64,000 nt of DNA from Candidatus Zixiibacteriota bacterium (GCA_030615745.1 JAUWYR010000005.1:5703-69702); one strand, 5' to 3'. Positions 1 to 9,975 are shown, counted from the first letter of the stretch. The notes: generated from the letters alone by a model not told the origin. A program made the numbers and translations.

Positions 1-78
1 ATTTTCGGAGGTGGAGGAATATCTTTCTGGAAATATAAAAAGGATGAAAAAAATCAGCTAAATTCGGACTATTTTGAT

Positions 79-1134
79 GTGTTGGACAGGTATGAGAAGC
101 CATTCGGATTACACGATCAGGAATTAGTTCTGCTTTTCGGAGCAGGATTGGAATATTCTTTAGTGAAGAATTTGGGAATAATCATCGGAGGTAGATTTCA
201 CTTTCTCACCAGGTTATTAAGCGATCTTACTGGCATAAAAGATGTGGTAGGTTCTGAACCAGATCAACTGGATGTGCCAAGAGGTATTCCTGAGCTTTTC
301 TGCGGAGTCTCCTATTATATAGGCAGGGGGAAGGACCAGGATAAGGATGGGGTAAAAGACAGATTTGACCAATGCCCTGATACTCCAGAGGGAGCATTGG
401 TGGATGAGTTCGGATGCCCTATGGACCAGGACAAAGATGGGGTATATGATGGATTGGATAGCTGTGCAGGAACTCCTGAGGGTGCAATGGTTGACGCTTT
501 TGGATGCCCAACTGACAAAGATAAAGACGGGGTATATGATGGTATAGATAAATGCGATAATACTCCGGAGGGAGTTAAAGTAGATTCTTATGGCTGTCCT
601 GTTGATACTGATAAAGACGGTGTTCCTGATTATTTAGATTATGAGGTTAATACTCCTTCAGGGGCAAAAGTGGATGAGGACGGGAAGGGAATAGATTCTG
701 ATGAAGATGGTGTTTATGATGGTTTGGACAGGTGTCCTGACACCCCTTTTGGAATCGAGGTGGATGAGGTTGGTTGCCCATTGGTAAAGCCTATCGAAGA
801 GAAGATAATGCTTCACATAAAATATCCTCCGGGAGGAGTTGCATTAGATGAGCCAAGCAAAAAAATCTTAGATGATTTAGCTGAAAGGTTAAAAGTTTAC
901 AAAGATGTTGAGATTGAAATTCAAGGATATACTGACAGCTTTGGTTCATCCCAAGCCAACAAGGTGATCTCACAGAGAAGAGCCGATCAGGTGAAAAAAT
1001 ATCTTGTCGCAAAAGAGGTTGAGGATGAAAGAATTGTGGCAAAAGGATACGGAGCTACTAACTTCATTGCAGACAACAAGACAAAAGAGGGAAGAGAAAA
1101 AAATAGAAGAATTGAGATAGTAAGAATTAAATAA
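79..1134 (+). CDS. OmpA-family outer-membrane/peptidoglycan-associated protein with thrombospondin type-3 (DxDxDGxxD) calcium-binding repeats
   Basis: At least 7 tandem DKDGV(Y/P)D repeats between about 330 and 790. The C-terminal OmpA_C-like motif (NRRIEIV) is typical of TSP3-OmpA proteins. Confidence 0.8.
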   Translation: MLDRYEKPFGLHDQELVLLFGAGLEYSLVKNLGIIIGGRFHFLTRLLSDLTGIKDVVGSEPDQLDVPRGIPELFCGVSYYIGRGKDQDKDGVKDRFDQCPDTPEGALVDEFGCPMDQDKDGVYDGLDSCAGTPEGAMVDAFGCPTDKDKDGVYDGIDKCDNTPEGVKVDSYGCPVDTDKDGVPDYLDYEVNTPSGAKVDEDGKGIDSDEDGVYDGLDRCPDTPFGIEVDEVGCPLVKPIEEKIMLHIKYPPGGVALDEPSKKILDDLAERLKVYKDVEIEIQGYTDSFGSSQANKVISQRRADQVKKYLVAKEVEDERIVAKGYGATNFIADNKTKEGREKNRRIEIVRIK

Positions 1135-1166
1135 ATTGGGTTGCTCAACATAGAATATAGAATAAA

Positions 1167-1200
1167 GAAGGTCGCTTTTTGCGGCCTTTTTTATTTCAAG
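1167..1200 (+). terminator. Candidate rho-independent terminator after the OmpA-like gene
   Basis: A GGTCGC....GCGGCC stem (one G.U pair) is followed by TTTTTTAT immediately 3' of the stop codon. Confidence 0.45.
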
Positions 1201-1336
1201 ATTAAATTTTTTTAAGGATTGCTTCGTCGAGTTCCCACGCAATGACTGTAATATCACAGGACTGAGGTCCTGACACAACCCATAAAATATTCATTTTGGC
1301 GATATTTAAAAGAGCTAAAAACTTTTTCCACTTTAT

Positions 1337-2050
1337 TCAAATATTAATGTATAAAATATAGAGACCTGCGAGAAAAATCAAAATCCCGCTTACCTTTTTG
1401 GTCAATGTGGAGAAGTTGCTCACGCCCTTGGATTTGGCATAGCTCTCCACAAAACCTGTGAACACACCGGCTAAGACTATCAGAGCACAATGTCCTATAG
1501 CATAGACAAAGAGCAAAGACATGCCATAGATTATCCTGGCTTTTGAGGCAACAAAAGCCAAAATCACAGCCAGAACCGGTGTAGCACAAGGAGAGGAAAC
1601 CACTCCAAACAGAAGCCCCAATAAAAATGCGCCCAGGATCCCTTTATGTTTCGATTTGAGGGTGACCGGCTGAGGAAGTTTGAATTTTAGCACTCCAATT
1701 AGATACAGTCCCATGATAATTGCCACAGCCGCGACAATATAATACCAGAACTTCCCCACATCTCCGAAAAGGCCACCCACCAGAGAGGCGATCGCACCCA
1801 ATATGGTGAAGGTTATTGATAGTCCTAAAGCAAAAACCAAAGAGTAGGCAATTGCTTTCTTCTTGTTCCCTTCTGAATAACCCCCCACAAATCCGATTAC
1901 CAAGGGAATTATTGCTAGGACACAAGGACTGGAGGCAGAGATTAGCCCTCCAACGAAAACTAAAAGATAAGCCAAGCCCGGAGAATTATTTATAACGTCC
2001 GAGATGTTTGATAAAATCGACTCCATATCAGTGTACCCCCATCTCAGCAA
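1337..2050 (-). CDS. ccdA: CcdA/DsbD-family thiol-disulfide electron transporter (cytochrome c biogenesis transmembrane region)
   Basis: Polytopic membrane protein with two conserved Cys-in-TM motifs (SSPCVLAIIP and SSPCATP), characteristic of the DsbD beta/CcdA family. Confidence 0.7.
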   Translation of the reverse strand: MLRWGYTDMESILSNISDVINNSPGLAYLLVFVGGLISASSPCVLAIIPLVIGFVGGYSEGNKKKAIAYSLVFALGLSITFTILGAIASLVGGLFGDVGKFWYYIVAAVAIIMGLYLIGVLKFKLPQPVTLKSKHKGILGAFLLGLLFGVVSSPCATPVLAVILAFVASKARIIYGMSLLFVYAIGHCALIVLAGVFTGFVESYAKSKGVSNFSTLTKKVSGILIFLAGLYILYINI

Positions 2051-2462
2051 ATTTCATTTTTATAGATTGTTTGTCCATAAAACCCTCATGTCGATAAACC
2101 TCATTGCTCTCTGCATCAAAGAATATCTGAGTTGGGATCAATCGAATTTTATATTTTCTGGCTTCGCGAGGTTCATATCGGAGGTCGATTATTTTCACAA
2201 TTGCTTTTCCTTCGTATTCCACCTTTAGCTCATCCAAAATCGGCTTCATTTTTATGCACGGAATACAGGTTCCTTTTCCCAAGTCGATTAGCATAGGTAG
2301 TTTCTTTGCCGGCTGACCTTTGAGAGCAACCTTGGAATCTTCAATTGTGGTTTTCGGATTGGATCTTCTGCCTGCTTGATCAAAAGAACCTTTGACTAAA
2401 ACCAAAGCAATTCCTGCTACAATCAAAATTCCTATGACCAGTGTATTTTGTTTTAATTTCAA
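2028..2462 (-). CDS. Membrane-anchored thioredoxin-fold thiol:disulfide oxidoreductase (TlpA/ResA-like)
   Basis: N-terminal TM anchor, then a thioredoxin-fold CxxC motif (GTCIPCI). Overlaps ccdA in an operon-like arrangement. Confidence 0.65.
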   Translation of the reverse strand: MKLKQNTLVIGILIVAGIALVLVKGSFDQAGRRSNPKTTIEDSKVALKGQPAKKLPMLIDLGKGTCIPCIKMKPILDELKVEYEGKAIVKIIDLRYEPREARKYKIRLIPTQIFFDAESNEVYRHEGFMDKQSIKMKFAEMGVH

Positions 2463-2515
2463 CTTTTGCCTCCGTCGATAATACTCTTTTGAATGCCTAT
2501 CTTACGCTTGATTGA

Positions 2516-3022
2516 TCATCTCTTTCTGTATAATTCTAAGATGCTGAGAGGTGGAAATATAATGGCTTTTGGCTTGCACTTTGCAGCACAGATACTGCAA
2601 CCCACCTCACAGTTAAAAGGATTAGCCACTATCACCTTATTTGTCTTCTCATCGTATTCATATACTCCGAAAGAGCAGAACTCTAAACAAACCTTGCAAC
2701 CATCGCATAACTCTTCCATAATCCTTGGAGACCAGGGAATCTCTTCCCGGGGAATTCCTCGCCAGGTCTTCAAACTTTTCTTCTTTTCTTTGACTCTTCC
2801 TTCCTTGAGATTAAGAAATCTCCGGTATTCGTCCCAAAAAGCCTGAGCGTATAGAGCTTGTTTTGAAGAAGGAATATAGTTAAACTGTTTAAGCCTTTTC
2901 AAAAGATAATCCTTTAAACGTTCATCCGGCTTTCTCCCCGATCTATAGAGTTCCTCTAAGACATCATCCAATCCCACTATACCGATCTGCTTGCCTTCTA
3001 CAATTATAAACTTCGTTTTCAC
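2516..3022 (-). CDS. 4Fe-4S ferredoxin-domain protein
   Basis: Two CxxCxxC(x)nC clusters (CDGCKVCLEFC and CEVGCSICAAKC). Confidence 0.55.
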   Translation of the reverse strand: MKTKFIIVEGKQIGIVGLDDVLEELYRSGRKPDERLKDYLLKRLKQFNYIPSSKQALYAQAFWDEYRRFLNLKEGRVKEKKKSLKTWRGIPREEIPWSPRIMEELCDGCKVCLEFCSFGVYEYDEKTNKVIVANPFNCEVGCSICAAKCKPKAIIFPPLSILELYRKR

Positions 3023-3037
3023 TTGTAGCCCTATCTC

Positions 3038-3301
3038 TTATTCTGGTTTATCTTTCGCTGAAATATAATCCTCAAGGACTTCTCTTATCTGCTCTTTCCT
3101 TGGTACCTTACCTTGAAACATAACTCTTCCGTTTATAAGCAAGGCTGGCGTAAAGTTTACTCCCCGATTGATGATTTGAAATATATCTGTAACCTTAATC
3201 AGTTCAGATTCCAGCTTCAGCTCCTCCAGCACCTGTCTGACTTTTTCGAAGGTGTCATCACACTTAGAACAACCTGGACCTAATACCTCGACTTTCAGCA
3301 T
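3038..3301 (-). CDS. Thioredoxin-family small protein (redox-active disulfide protein 2 type)
   Basis: MLKVEVLGPGCSKCD N-terminus. About 85 aa with a CxxC motif, typical of the TM0983-like thioredoxin_3 family that accompanies DUF318 permeases. Confidence 0.7.
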   Translation of the reverse strand: MLKVEVLGPGCSKCDDTFEKVRQVLEELKLESELIKVTDIFQIINRGVNFTPALLINGRVMFQGKVPRKEQIREVLEDYISAKDKPE

Positions 3302-3313
3302 ATTTCTTTTCCT

Positions 3314-3889
3314 TTATCTCGGCTTTTTCTCTTGAAAATCACTTTGAGGTTTTCCATTTGGCTTGGCCATATCCTGCTTTGTGTCTCCGGCTTTTGATTT
3401 AGTCTTTTTCGAGCTGATAATAAACTCATCCAGTTCTTTTCTGAAGTTCAGAAGAAAATTCTCCTCATCTTCGCAAAATTCCCATACCGATTCAATTTCT
3501 TTGAACTCGTCTTTCTCTCCACAAAATTTTTCGAAACCCAGAGCGGACCAGAAGATTTTATATTTATTCGAGGTGGAGGAATCTTCATCAATATTGTATT
3601 CCCTAAAGATGATGAGAGAGTCTTTGTATGGTTTGGCGTAAAATTTTTCCAAACCTTTCTTTGCAAAGTTGCCAATACTTATGCAACAGGAACATTGAAC
3701 TGTAGGATGGAAATGGATTACAAAAAGAGTGTCACTCCTTGAAAGATATTTCGATATGTCTATTTTCCCCGATGGTCCATTAGTGGTTACCCTCTTCAAA
3801 ACCTCAGCTCCAGAAAAAAAACAAAAGATAAAGAAAAAAATAGTGGGAACAAGGATAAGGTTTATCAAAATAAATTTCTTGGTAGTCAT
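3314..3889 (-). CDS. Hypothetical membrane-anchored/secreted protein with a C-S-C-C motif
   Basis: N-terminal hydrophobic segment and a Cys cluster (VQCSCC). No confident family assignment. Confidence 0.4.
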   Translation of the reverse strand: MTTKKFILINLILVPTIFFFIFCFFSGAEVLKRVTTNGPSGKIDISKYLSRSDTLFVIHFHPTVQCSCCISIGNFAKKGLEKFYAKPYKDSLIIFREYNIDEDSSTSNKYKIFWSALGFEKFCGEKDEFKEIESVWEFCEDEENFLLNFRKELDEFIISSKKTKSKAGDTKQDMAKPNGKPQSDFQEKKPR

Positions 3890-3907
3890 CTTTTAAGCCT
3901 GACTTTG

Positions 3908-4162
3908 CTAGTGGTTGTCTTTCTTGTTTTCCTCCTCAATCCATCTTTTTAGCGTTTCCATCACCGGAATTTTGCCGGATGAGTAGATTTTGCCGTTTAT
4001 CACCAACCCCGGGGTCATTAATATTCCATAAGAGGAAAACTTGTTTATGTCAGTAACCTTGACCACCTCGGCATCGAGGTTAAGTTCCGCCAAAGCGTTG
4101 AAAACGTCTTTCTCCAGTCTCTGGCAATTGATACAGCCTGGTCCTAAAACTTCGATTTTCAT
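3908..4162 (-). CDS. Thioredoxin-family small protein (redox-active disulfide protein 2 type), second copy
   Basis: MKIEVLGPGCINCQ N-terminus, paralogous to 3038..3301. Confidence 0.7.
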   Translation of the reverse strand: MKIEVLGPGCINCQRLEKDVFNALAELNLDAEVVKVTDINKFSSYGILMTPGLVINGKIYSSGKIPVMETLKRWIEEENKKDNH

Positions 4163-4174
4163 ACTTAATACCTC

Positions 4175-5206
4175 CTATAAGATTAGGTTTCCAAATATCA
4201 TCCCAGTTATAGTTGCCATTATAACTACCAAACAGACATATGCACCGGTCTTTTTTATCCCCATTATCCTTGCGATCACAATCATATTGGGAAGGCTTAA
4301 AGCCGGACCAGCCAGAAGCAAAGTTAAAGCTGGCCCTCTGCCCATACCCAGGTCCATCAAAGCACGGATGATGGGGACTTCGGTCAAAGTTGAAAAATAC
4401 ATTAAGGCTCCAAAGATCGAAGCTATAAAAGTTGGCCTGAGCCCATTTCCTCCCAGCCAATGTTCAACCACCTGTTGGGGAAGTAATGCTTTGATCATTC
4501 CCGCTACAAAAACACCCGCTAAAAGAATTGGGAATATCTTCTTAGATAGATCCCAGGTATGATACATCCAGTATTTAAGTTCCTCTTTTTGAAACCATCG
4601 ATATAAAATCAAACCCAAAACTACTAGAAGCACGGCAGTTATCAACCATTTCTGAGCAGCGCCGAAGACCAAAATTCCTACCAAAATAGCGAAGTAAAAT
4701 AAAGTGACACCTTGGGGTTTTGTTTTCTCCTCTTCCTGAGGCAATACTAATTCACCTGGATTATTGGTTTTTTGAGACTCCTCTTTTCGCCAGAGAAAAG
4801 CCATGATCAAACCGATGACCACCGAAAAAATAACAGCTCCCACAGCCCTGGCTAAGCCTAAATCAAAACCCAAAAGTTTGGCTGAGTAAACAATCGCTAA
4901 AATATTTATTGCTGGACCCGAATAAAGAAAAGCAATAGCTGGACCCAAGCCTGCCCCTCTTTTGTGAATTCCTGCAAATATGGGAAGAATAGTGCAAGAG
5001 CAAACTGCCAAAATTACTCCGGAGGCTGAAGCCACAGAGTAAGCCAAAATCTTTTTTGCCTCAGCTCCGAAGTATTTCATCACCTTTGCCTGGGAGACGA
5101 ACACAGCTATTGCCCCGGCTATGAAAAATGCCGGGACTAAACAGGTGAGCACATGAGCTGACAAATATTCAAGTAAGGCTTCCCATCCGCTTTCAACAAT
5201 ATTCAT
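4175..5206 (-). CDS. DUF318/YraQ-family permease (two-CxxC permease usually paired with ArsR and thioredoxin-like proteins)
   Basis: Polytopic membrane protein with a conserved AVCSC motif. The gene context (ArsR upstream, redox-active disulfide protein 2 downstream) is the canonical arrangement for this family. Confidence 0.7.
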   Translation of the reverse strand: MNIVESGWEALLEYLSAHVLTCLVPAFFIAGAIAVFVSQAKVMKYFGAEAKKILAYSVASASGVILAVCSCTILPIFAGIHKRGAGLGPAIAFLYSGPAINILAIVYSAKLLGFDLGLARAVGAVIFSVVIGLIMAFLWRKEESQKTNNPGELVLPQEEEKTKPQGVTLFYFAILVGILVFGAAQKWLITAVLLVVLGLILYRWFQKEELKYWMYHTWDLSKKIFPILLAGVFVAGMIKALLPQQVVEHWLGGNGLRPTFIASIFGALMYFSTLTEVPIIRALMDLGMGRGPALTLLLAGPALSLPNMIVIARIMGIKKTGAYVCLVVIMATITGMIFGNLIL

Positions 5207-5257
5207 ATCAATATTTCCTAAGATTTAGAACTTTCTGCTCAGGGATAGCTGCAAAAG

Positions 5258-5581
5258 TTATCCCAATATCTTCATCAGTTTGGCTTTTTCCTTTATCTGC
5301 GCTTTTACAATATCGTCGACTAAGGAGAGAAGAGTAAACACCCGCATATCCTTTATCTTATAGTAAACCGATACTCCTTCCTTACGCGCTTCCACTACTC
5401 CTTGTTCCCGCAGAAGAGCCAGATGCCGGGACACATTGGATTGTTCCTCTTTCATCTCAGGGATTATTTCACAGGCGCACTTCTCCCCATCTTTAAGAAA
5501 GTATAAAATCTTAAGGCGAGTCGGCTGAGCAAGTGTTTTTAAAAAATCGCTCTCGAGCTGTAAGATGTTTTTATCCTTCAT
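5258..5581 (-). CDS. arsR: ArsR/SmtB-family metalloregulatory transcriptional repressor
   Basis: HTH region containing a CxC metal site (GEKCACEI) and the SRHLALLREQGVV recognition helix. Confidence 0.8.
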   Translation of the reverse strand: MKDKNILQLESDFLKTLAQPTRLKILYFLKDGEKCACEIIPEMKEEQSNVSRHLALLREQGVVEARKEGVSVYYKIKDMRVFTLLSLVDDIVKAQIKEKAKLMKILG

Positions 5582-5855
5582 TTTATTCCTTTATGGTTAT
5601 ATAATCATATTTACATAAATACGAGCAAAAAAAACTTATATTTGTCATCATCCTTTTTTTATTTTCAGAAGAGACTTCATCATTCCTAAGCCGAGTCATA
5701 ATAGCTAAAGCTTTTAACATATCCCCTTGTTTTCTATTTTTGTCAAATTATATCTGTATATTTAAAAATACAATATGAGATAAGACAAAAAACTTAAAAA
5801 GTAAGAAAATCATTAAATTGTATCTACTGCTTGTCCAACAAAATAAACCTAATAC

Positions 5856-5953
5856 GTAGGGGAGACCCTCGTGGTCTCCCGCTGGTGGTTGGGAGGGGAC
5901 CCCCCCGCCAGAGGCGGGGGGATTTCACCAGACTCAACAAGCCCCTCCCCTAC
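5856..5953. repeat. GC-rich composite palindromic repeat (REP-like family D, copy 1)
   Basis: gtaggggagaccctcgtggtctccc...gggaggggac...cccctcccctac. Related copies lie at 31495-31573, 34798-34848 and 38864-38909. Confidence 0.7.
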
Positions 5954-6019
5954 AGAAAAATTTGCATTATTTAATTGGAATGGCACTACCAGCTTAGGAT
6001 GCTTCATATTCTAATGATT

Positions 6020-6850
6020 TTATAACTTTAAAATCAAAAGTATAATCCCTAAGATTAACCCGAATCCAAGATTAAAAGCCTTGATGGTGATAAAATCTTT
6101 AACTGAATAGGAGAAAAGGGGCAACATTCCATGACCATCCTGCACAAATGAGCTAACCAAAAGAACCGAAAAGGGGATCATCCCTTTATGAAACATCATC
6201 ACAAAAATCAAGTGCGGACCTGATTCAGGGATCACTCCAACAAGTGCAGCTATAAGCATAACCCAGCCCAAGTTATTCTGCACGAAAAGTTCAAGGTCCC
6301 AATTTTTTAGTCCAAACTCCAATACCAGCAAAGCTAAAAAAGTCCACAAAAAGATTTTTATCAGATGTTTTTTTATGATGTGCCCCCAGAGATGATCAAC
6401 TATATAATGTCTTGGTGAGGCTTTTTCAGAATGATATTCATGCAGGATGCATTCCTCACATGGTCTTATTTTTAAACGGGGTGCAAGAAAATCTGTTACC
6501 CCTGAGAAAAACAAACCGGATAAAAACAATATCCCGAAAAGCAAGAGTGCATTTTCTGGGAAAAGTGAGAGCATCACAAAAGCTTCGTCACCAGAGGTAG
6601 CGATCATCCCACCTACAATAGCCCCCAAGGACAAAAGACCGTGTCCATATAAAGAGACATTGAGAAAAGCGCCCAGGCACCCTGGAGTAACCCCAAGAGA
6701 AGAAGAGACGAAATACTGTCGCCAGACTTTCCCCTTGATTGCTTCACCAAATCTCCCTTTAGTCAGAATTGAGAGAAAATCAACTAAAACCATCATCCCG
6801 AAAACGAAAAGGCTAATCTTTATCGATTCCTTTAAAATCTCAAAAAGCAT
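6020..6850 (-). CDS. Polytopic membrane protein with a Cys/His-rich loop (possible metal transporter)
   Basis: About 8 predicted TM segments and a CEECILHEYH...HLWGHIIKKH loop. The family is not confidently recognised; an ArsP_2-like exporter is only a guess. Confidence 0.45.
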   Translation of the reverse strand: MLFEILKESIKISLFVFGMMVLVDFLSILTKGRFGEAIKGKVWRQYFVSSSLGVTPGCLGAFLNVSLYGHGLLSLGAIVGGMIATSGDEAFVMLSLFPENALLLFGILFLSGLFFSGVTDFLAPRLKIRPCEECILHEYHSEKASPRHYIVDHLWGHIIKKHLIKIFLWTFLALLVLEFGLKNWDLELFVQNNLGWVMLIAALVGVIPESGPHLIFVMMFHKGMIPFSVLLVSSFVQDGHGMLPLFSYSVKDFITIKAFNLGFGLILGIILLILKL

Positions 6851-7041
6851 CTGTTACGTCCCTCTTTAACCGGAAAGCTAAAGATTTTATATCTTTTTTA
6901 TCTAAGTGAATTTAATTGTTTTTTGTTTTTGAAAATAATATCCAAAGGAAAAATTTCAAAGCCTTTTTTTGGTTTTTTATTATGTCTTGCTATCAAATTC
7001 GTATGAATGTCTAAAGGACTCTTCGGGCTTCGCATTAATTT

Positions 7042-7914
7042 TTATTTTCTTATTCTTGCGAAAATATTTCCCCAGATTTTTTCAACTTCTTTTGCAGAAT
7101 CTGAATTTGTATATTCGAGGACAGTTTTTCCTTCTACCATAGCTTTTGTGAAGTCGTGGCTAAAAGAGATTTTTCCAACAATCTCAATCCCTTTTATTTT
7201 ACAAAATCTTATTATTTTTTTTGTGTTCTCTAAGTTTATATCATATTTATTAATGCAAACTACCGATTTGATTTTAAAATGAGAGGTGAGGTCTAAAACC
7301 CTTTTTAAATCTGATATTGCTGACAGTGTTGGTTCGGTAACCACCATAACTAAATCTGTGCCTGTAATTGACGCAATAACAGGGCAGCCGATACCTGGGG
7401 GCCCATCGATTATAACCAGGTCTAACTTATTTTCCTCCGCTAAAAGCCTTGCATTTTCCCTCACCAAGCTCACCAATTTTCCTGAGTTCTCCTCAGCGAT
7501 TCCCAATTTTGCAAAAACCATAGGACCGTATCTGCTCTCAGAGATATACCATTCTCCAGAAGTATTTTCCTGCATTTGAATAGCTTCATCCGGACAAACC
7601 TGCGAACAAACACCACACCCCTCGCAGGAGATAGGATCGATAACTATTTCATCTCCTTTTTCTGATACAGCAGAAAATCTACACACCTCGATACATCTTC
7701 CGCATAGAGTGCATTTTCCCATATCAATTTTTGCTTTTTTCCCTGCTATAAAATCATGCCTTTGTTTAATCTTCGGATGGAGCAGAAGGAAAAGGTCTGC
7801 TGCATCGACATCGCAATCTGCCATAACTTTCTTTTTTGCCAAAACCGCAAAAGATGCAGTTATAACTGTTTTACCAGTCCCGCCTTTACCACTTATGATG
7901 GTAAGCTGTTTCAT
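7042..7914 (-). CDS. MinD/ParA-superfamily P-loop ATPase with inserted 2x[4Fe-4S] ferredoxin domain
   Basis: Deviant Walker A motif GKGGTGKT plus CTLCGRCIEVC and CEGCGVCSQVCP clusters. Confidence 0.75.
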   Translation of the reverse strand: MKQLTIISGKGGTGKTVITASFAVLAKKKVMADCDVDAADLFLLLHPKIKQRHDFIAGKKAKIDMGKCTLCGRCIEVCRFSAVSEKGDEIVIDPISCEGCGVCSQVCPDEAIQMQENTSGEWYISESRYGPMVFAKLGIAEENSGKLVSLVRENARLLAEENKLDLVIIDGPPGIGCPVIASITGTDLVMVVTEPTLSAISDLKRVLDLTSHFKIKSVVCINKYDINLENTKKIIRFCKIKGIEIVGKISFSHDFTKAMVEGKTVLEYTNSDSAKEVEKIWGNIFARIRK

Positions 7915-8762
7915 TTTTTCAATTCCTTCTCAATCCCCTGCCACATTTCTTGGAAGATTTTTTTATACTTCTCCCCCTCGATAAGGAGAGGGATACCGTG
8001 CGAATAAAGGACAGCGACATTCCTATCATAAGGGATTTGGGTAAGGATTGGGATATTATCTTTTTGACAAAATTTTTTAACTTTTTCATCACCTATATCA
8101 GCTTGGTTAATTACAACTCCGAACTTAATTTTAAGTTTTTTCAGAAGCTTGACCGCTAATTTAAGGTCGTTGAGACCAAAAGGAGTTGGCTCTGTTACCA
8201 AAATACAGAAATCGCTATCTTTCACAGATTCGATTACCGGACAGGAGGTTCCCGGAGGGACATCGATGATATTGATTTCATCCGAGTCAATTTTTTTCTT
8301 AACCTCCCTTATCAAAGGGGTTGCCATAGGTTCCCCTATCTCTAATCTTCCCTGAACAAATTTGATTGCAAAAGTTTTACCTTGCTCCAAAACCCCTATC
8401 TTTTTCTTTTTTTCCACAATTGCTTTTTGGGGACATAAAAGACTACATCCTCCGCATCCATGACAGAGGGAAGGAAAGACTAAAACCTTATCCTTTGCCA
8501 CGAAGATTGCATTATAAGCACAAACCTCAGCACATTTTCCGCAGAAGTCACACTTTTTTTCATCAACCTGAGGGACTAAGATATTAACCGGTTGTGTTTT
8601 CTCAATCTCTGGTTTTAAGAAGATATAGGAATTAGGCTCCTCTACATCGCAATCCAAAAATCGAATATTTCTTGATTTATTCTCAGCTAAAAAAAGTGCG
8701 AGGTTGGTTGCAACTGTGGTTTTGCCAGTTCCCCCTTTACCGCTGGCAACCGAGATAATCAT
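7911..8762 (-). CDS. MinD/ParA-superfamily P-loop ATPase with inserted 2x[4Fe-4S] ferredoxin domain (paralogue)
   Basis: GKGGTGKT plus CDFCGKCAEVC and CHGCGGCSLLCP. The 4-bp overlap with the downstream paralogue suggests translational coupling. Confidence 0.75.
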   Translation of the reverse strand: MIISVASGKGGTGKTTVATNLALFLAENKSRNIRFLDCDVEEPNSYIFLKPEIEKTQPVNILVPQVDEKKCDFCGKCAEVCAYNAIFVAKDKVLVFPSLCHGCGGCSLLCPQKAIVEKKKKIGVLEQGKTFAIKFVQGRLEIGEPMATPLIREVKKKIDSDEINIIDVPPGTSCPVIESVKDSDFCILVTEPTPFGLNDLKLAVKLLKKLKIKFGVVINQADIGDEKVKKFCQKDNIPILTQIPYDRNVAVLYSHGIPLLIEGEKYKKIFQEMWQGIEKELKK

Positions 8763-8854
8763 CTATAATTACCTTTAAAAAACTTTTTAATTCTGTTTTT
8801 CCACAGAAATTTTTGCAACAACTCCAACTCTTTTCTCAAATCTCGAATCAATTT

Positions 8855-9103
8855 TTATCTGTCCCTTCTGCAGGCTCCGTCCTCAGAACAAGGAGGAGTA
8901 TCGCACCTCTGGTCTCTTCCACAACAGGTGGTTCCTTTTGGAGATGATTTTCCTGAAATAACAGAGCTAAAAGATGAAATTAATTTCTTCATTCTAAATG
9001 AACCACAATGAGCACAGATGATTTTATTTTCCTTTTTAAACCCCTTTTGAAGAATCTCTGTCAATTTTCCGCAATCTTCACATTTATATTCATAAATGGG
9101 CAT
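8855..9103 (-). CDS. FmdB-family zinc-ribbon protein
   Basis: MPIYEYKCEDCG...CAHCGS signature. Confidence 0.6.
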   Translation of the reverse strand: MPIYEYKCEDCGKLTEILQKGFKKENKIICAHCGSFRMKKLISSFSSVISGKSSPKGTTCCGRDQRCDTPPCSEDGACRRDR

Positions 9104-9148
9104 TTAACTTTCCTTTGGGATTAAACTAATCCCTTATCTTTTAGTTGG

Positions 9149-9340
9149 TCAAGTCGGAGTAGTGCATATAGAGCTACTTTTTGAACCACCTTTCCCCACC
9201 CCAAAACCTGAGAATAGCCTTTGAAGATTTTCGCTTCCGCACTTTTTACACTTTAATTTCTCAGAATCAGCTACAACCCCGACCAAAAGATCAAACTCCT
9301 CTCCACAATCTTTGCACCTGTAAGTATATATGGGCATCAA
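9149..9340 (-). CDS. FmdB-family zinc-ribbon protein (second copy)
   Basis: MMPIYTYRCKDCG...CKKCGS signature. Confidence 0.6.
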   Translation of the reverse strand: MMPIYTYRCKDCGEEFDLLVGVVADSEKLKCKKCGSENLQRLFSGFGVGKGGSKSSSICTTPT

Positions 9341-9488
9341 TTCTCCTTTAGCTTACTAAAATCAATGATTCATAAAAGGAGTAAACTTTTTAACTTAGTA
9401 GTTTTGTTTAATTCTATACGCTAATCAACCATCTCTAAATTGATATCATTAAGAGTAAAAATTAATCAGAACTTTATCTTTCGATATT

Positions 9489-9713
9489 TTATCCTTTAGC
9501 CATATTAGCGCCGCATTTAGGACAACTCATCTGATAACAGGGAACACTTCTTGTGTGGGGAACTTTTTCACCACAAGAGGGGCAGATACAATATCCACCC
9601 GGTCCTGATCCTGGGCGATTACCACCCATCCTTCCTCTTCCCTTTCCACGACCCACACCCCTTCCTGTTCCGGGTCCTTGACCCGAAGGTCCTGTTCCAT
9701 CTCCTCTCGGCAT
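9489..9713 (-). CDS. DUF5320-type protein (MPRGDGTGP N-terminus, Gly/Arg-rich, C-terminal 4-Cys zinc-ribbon)
   Basis: MPRGDGTGPSGQGPGTGRG motif, then CICPSCG...CPKCG. Confidence 0.55.
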   Translation of the reverse strand: MPRGDGTGPSGQGPGTGRGVGRGKGRGRMGGNRPGSGPGGYCICPSCGEKVPHTRSVPCYQMSCPKCGANMAKG

Positions 9714-9741
9714 CTTTTACCTCCTTTTAAAATTTTAAGTT

Positions 9742-9975
9742 TTAATACTCATACTTAATAGCTATTGCTCCACGAGGACACTGCTTTACACAGGCTAAAC
9801 ACGCTGTGCATCTTGTGGCATCGATTTTAGCAACCAGATCCACAGAAATTGCTTTTTTCGGACAGACATCATAACAAATTCCACAACCCACACAATCCTC
9901 TTCATCCACAACTGCAAAAACTTTTTTGACCTTTGTTTTTACTCCAATTCTCCGCCTGATCTCCTCTAATTTCAA
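9742..9975 (-). CDS. 2x[4Fe-4S] ferredoxin
   Basis: CVGCGICYDVCP and CTACLACVKQCP. Confidence 0.75.
   Translation of the reverse strand: MKLEEIRRRIGVKTKVKKVFAVVDEEDCVGCGICYDVCPKKAISVDLVAKIDATRCTACLACVKQCPRGAIAIKYEY

Noticed and set aside
315-1278. Antisense and alternate-frame ORFs overlapping the OmpA-TSP3 gene (315..518, 365..547, 791..1042, 970..1278)
   Set aside because: These are frame echoes of the repetitive DKDG-coding DNA and of the opposite strand of a well-supported gene. No independent support.
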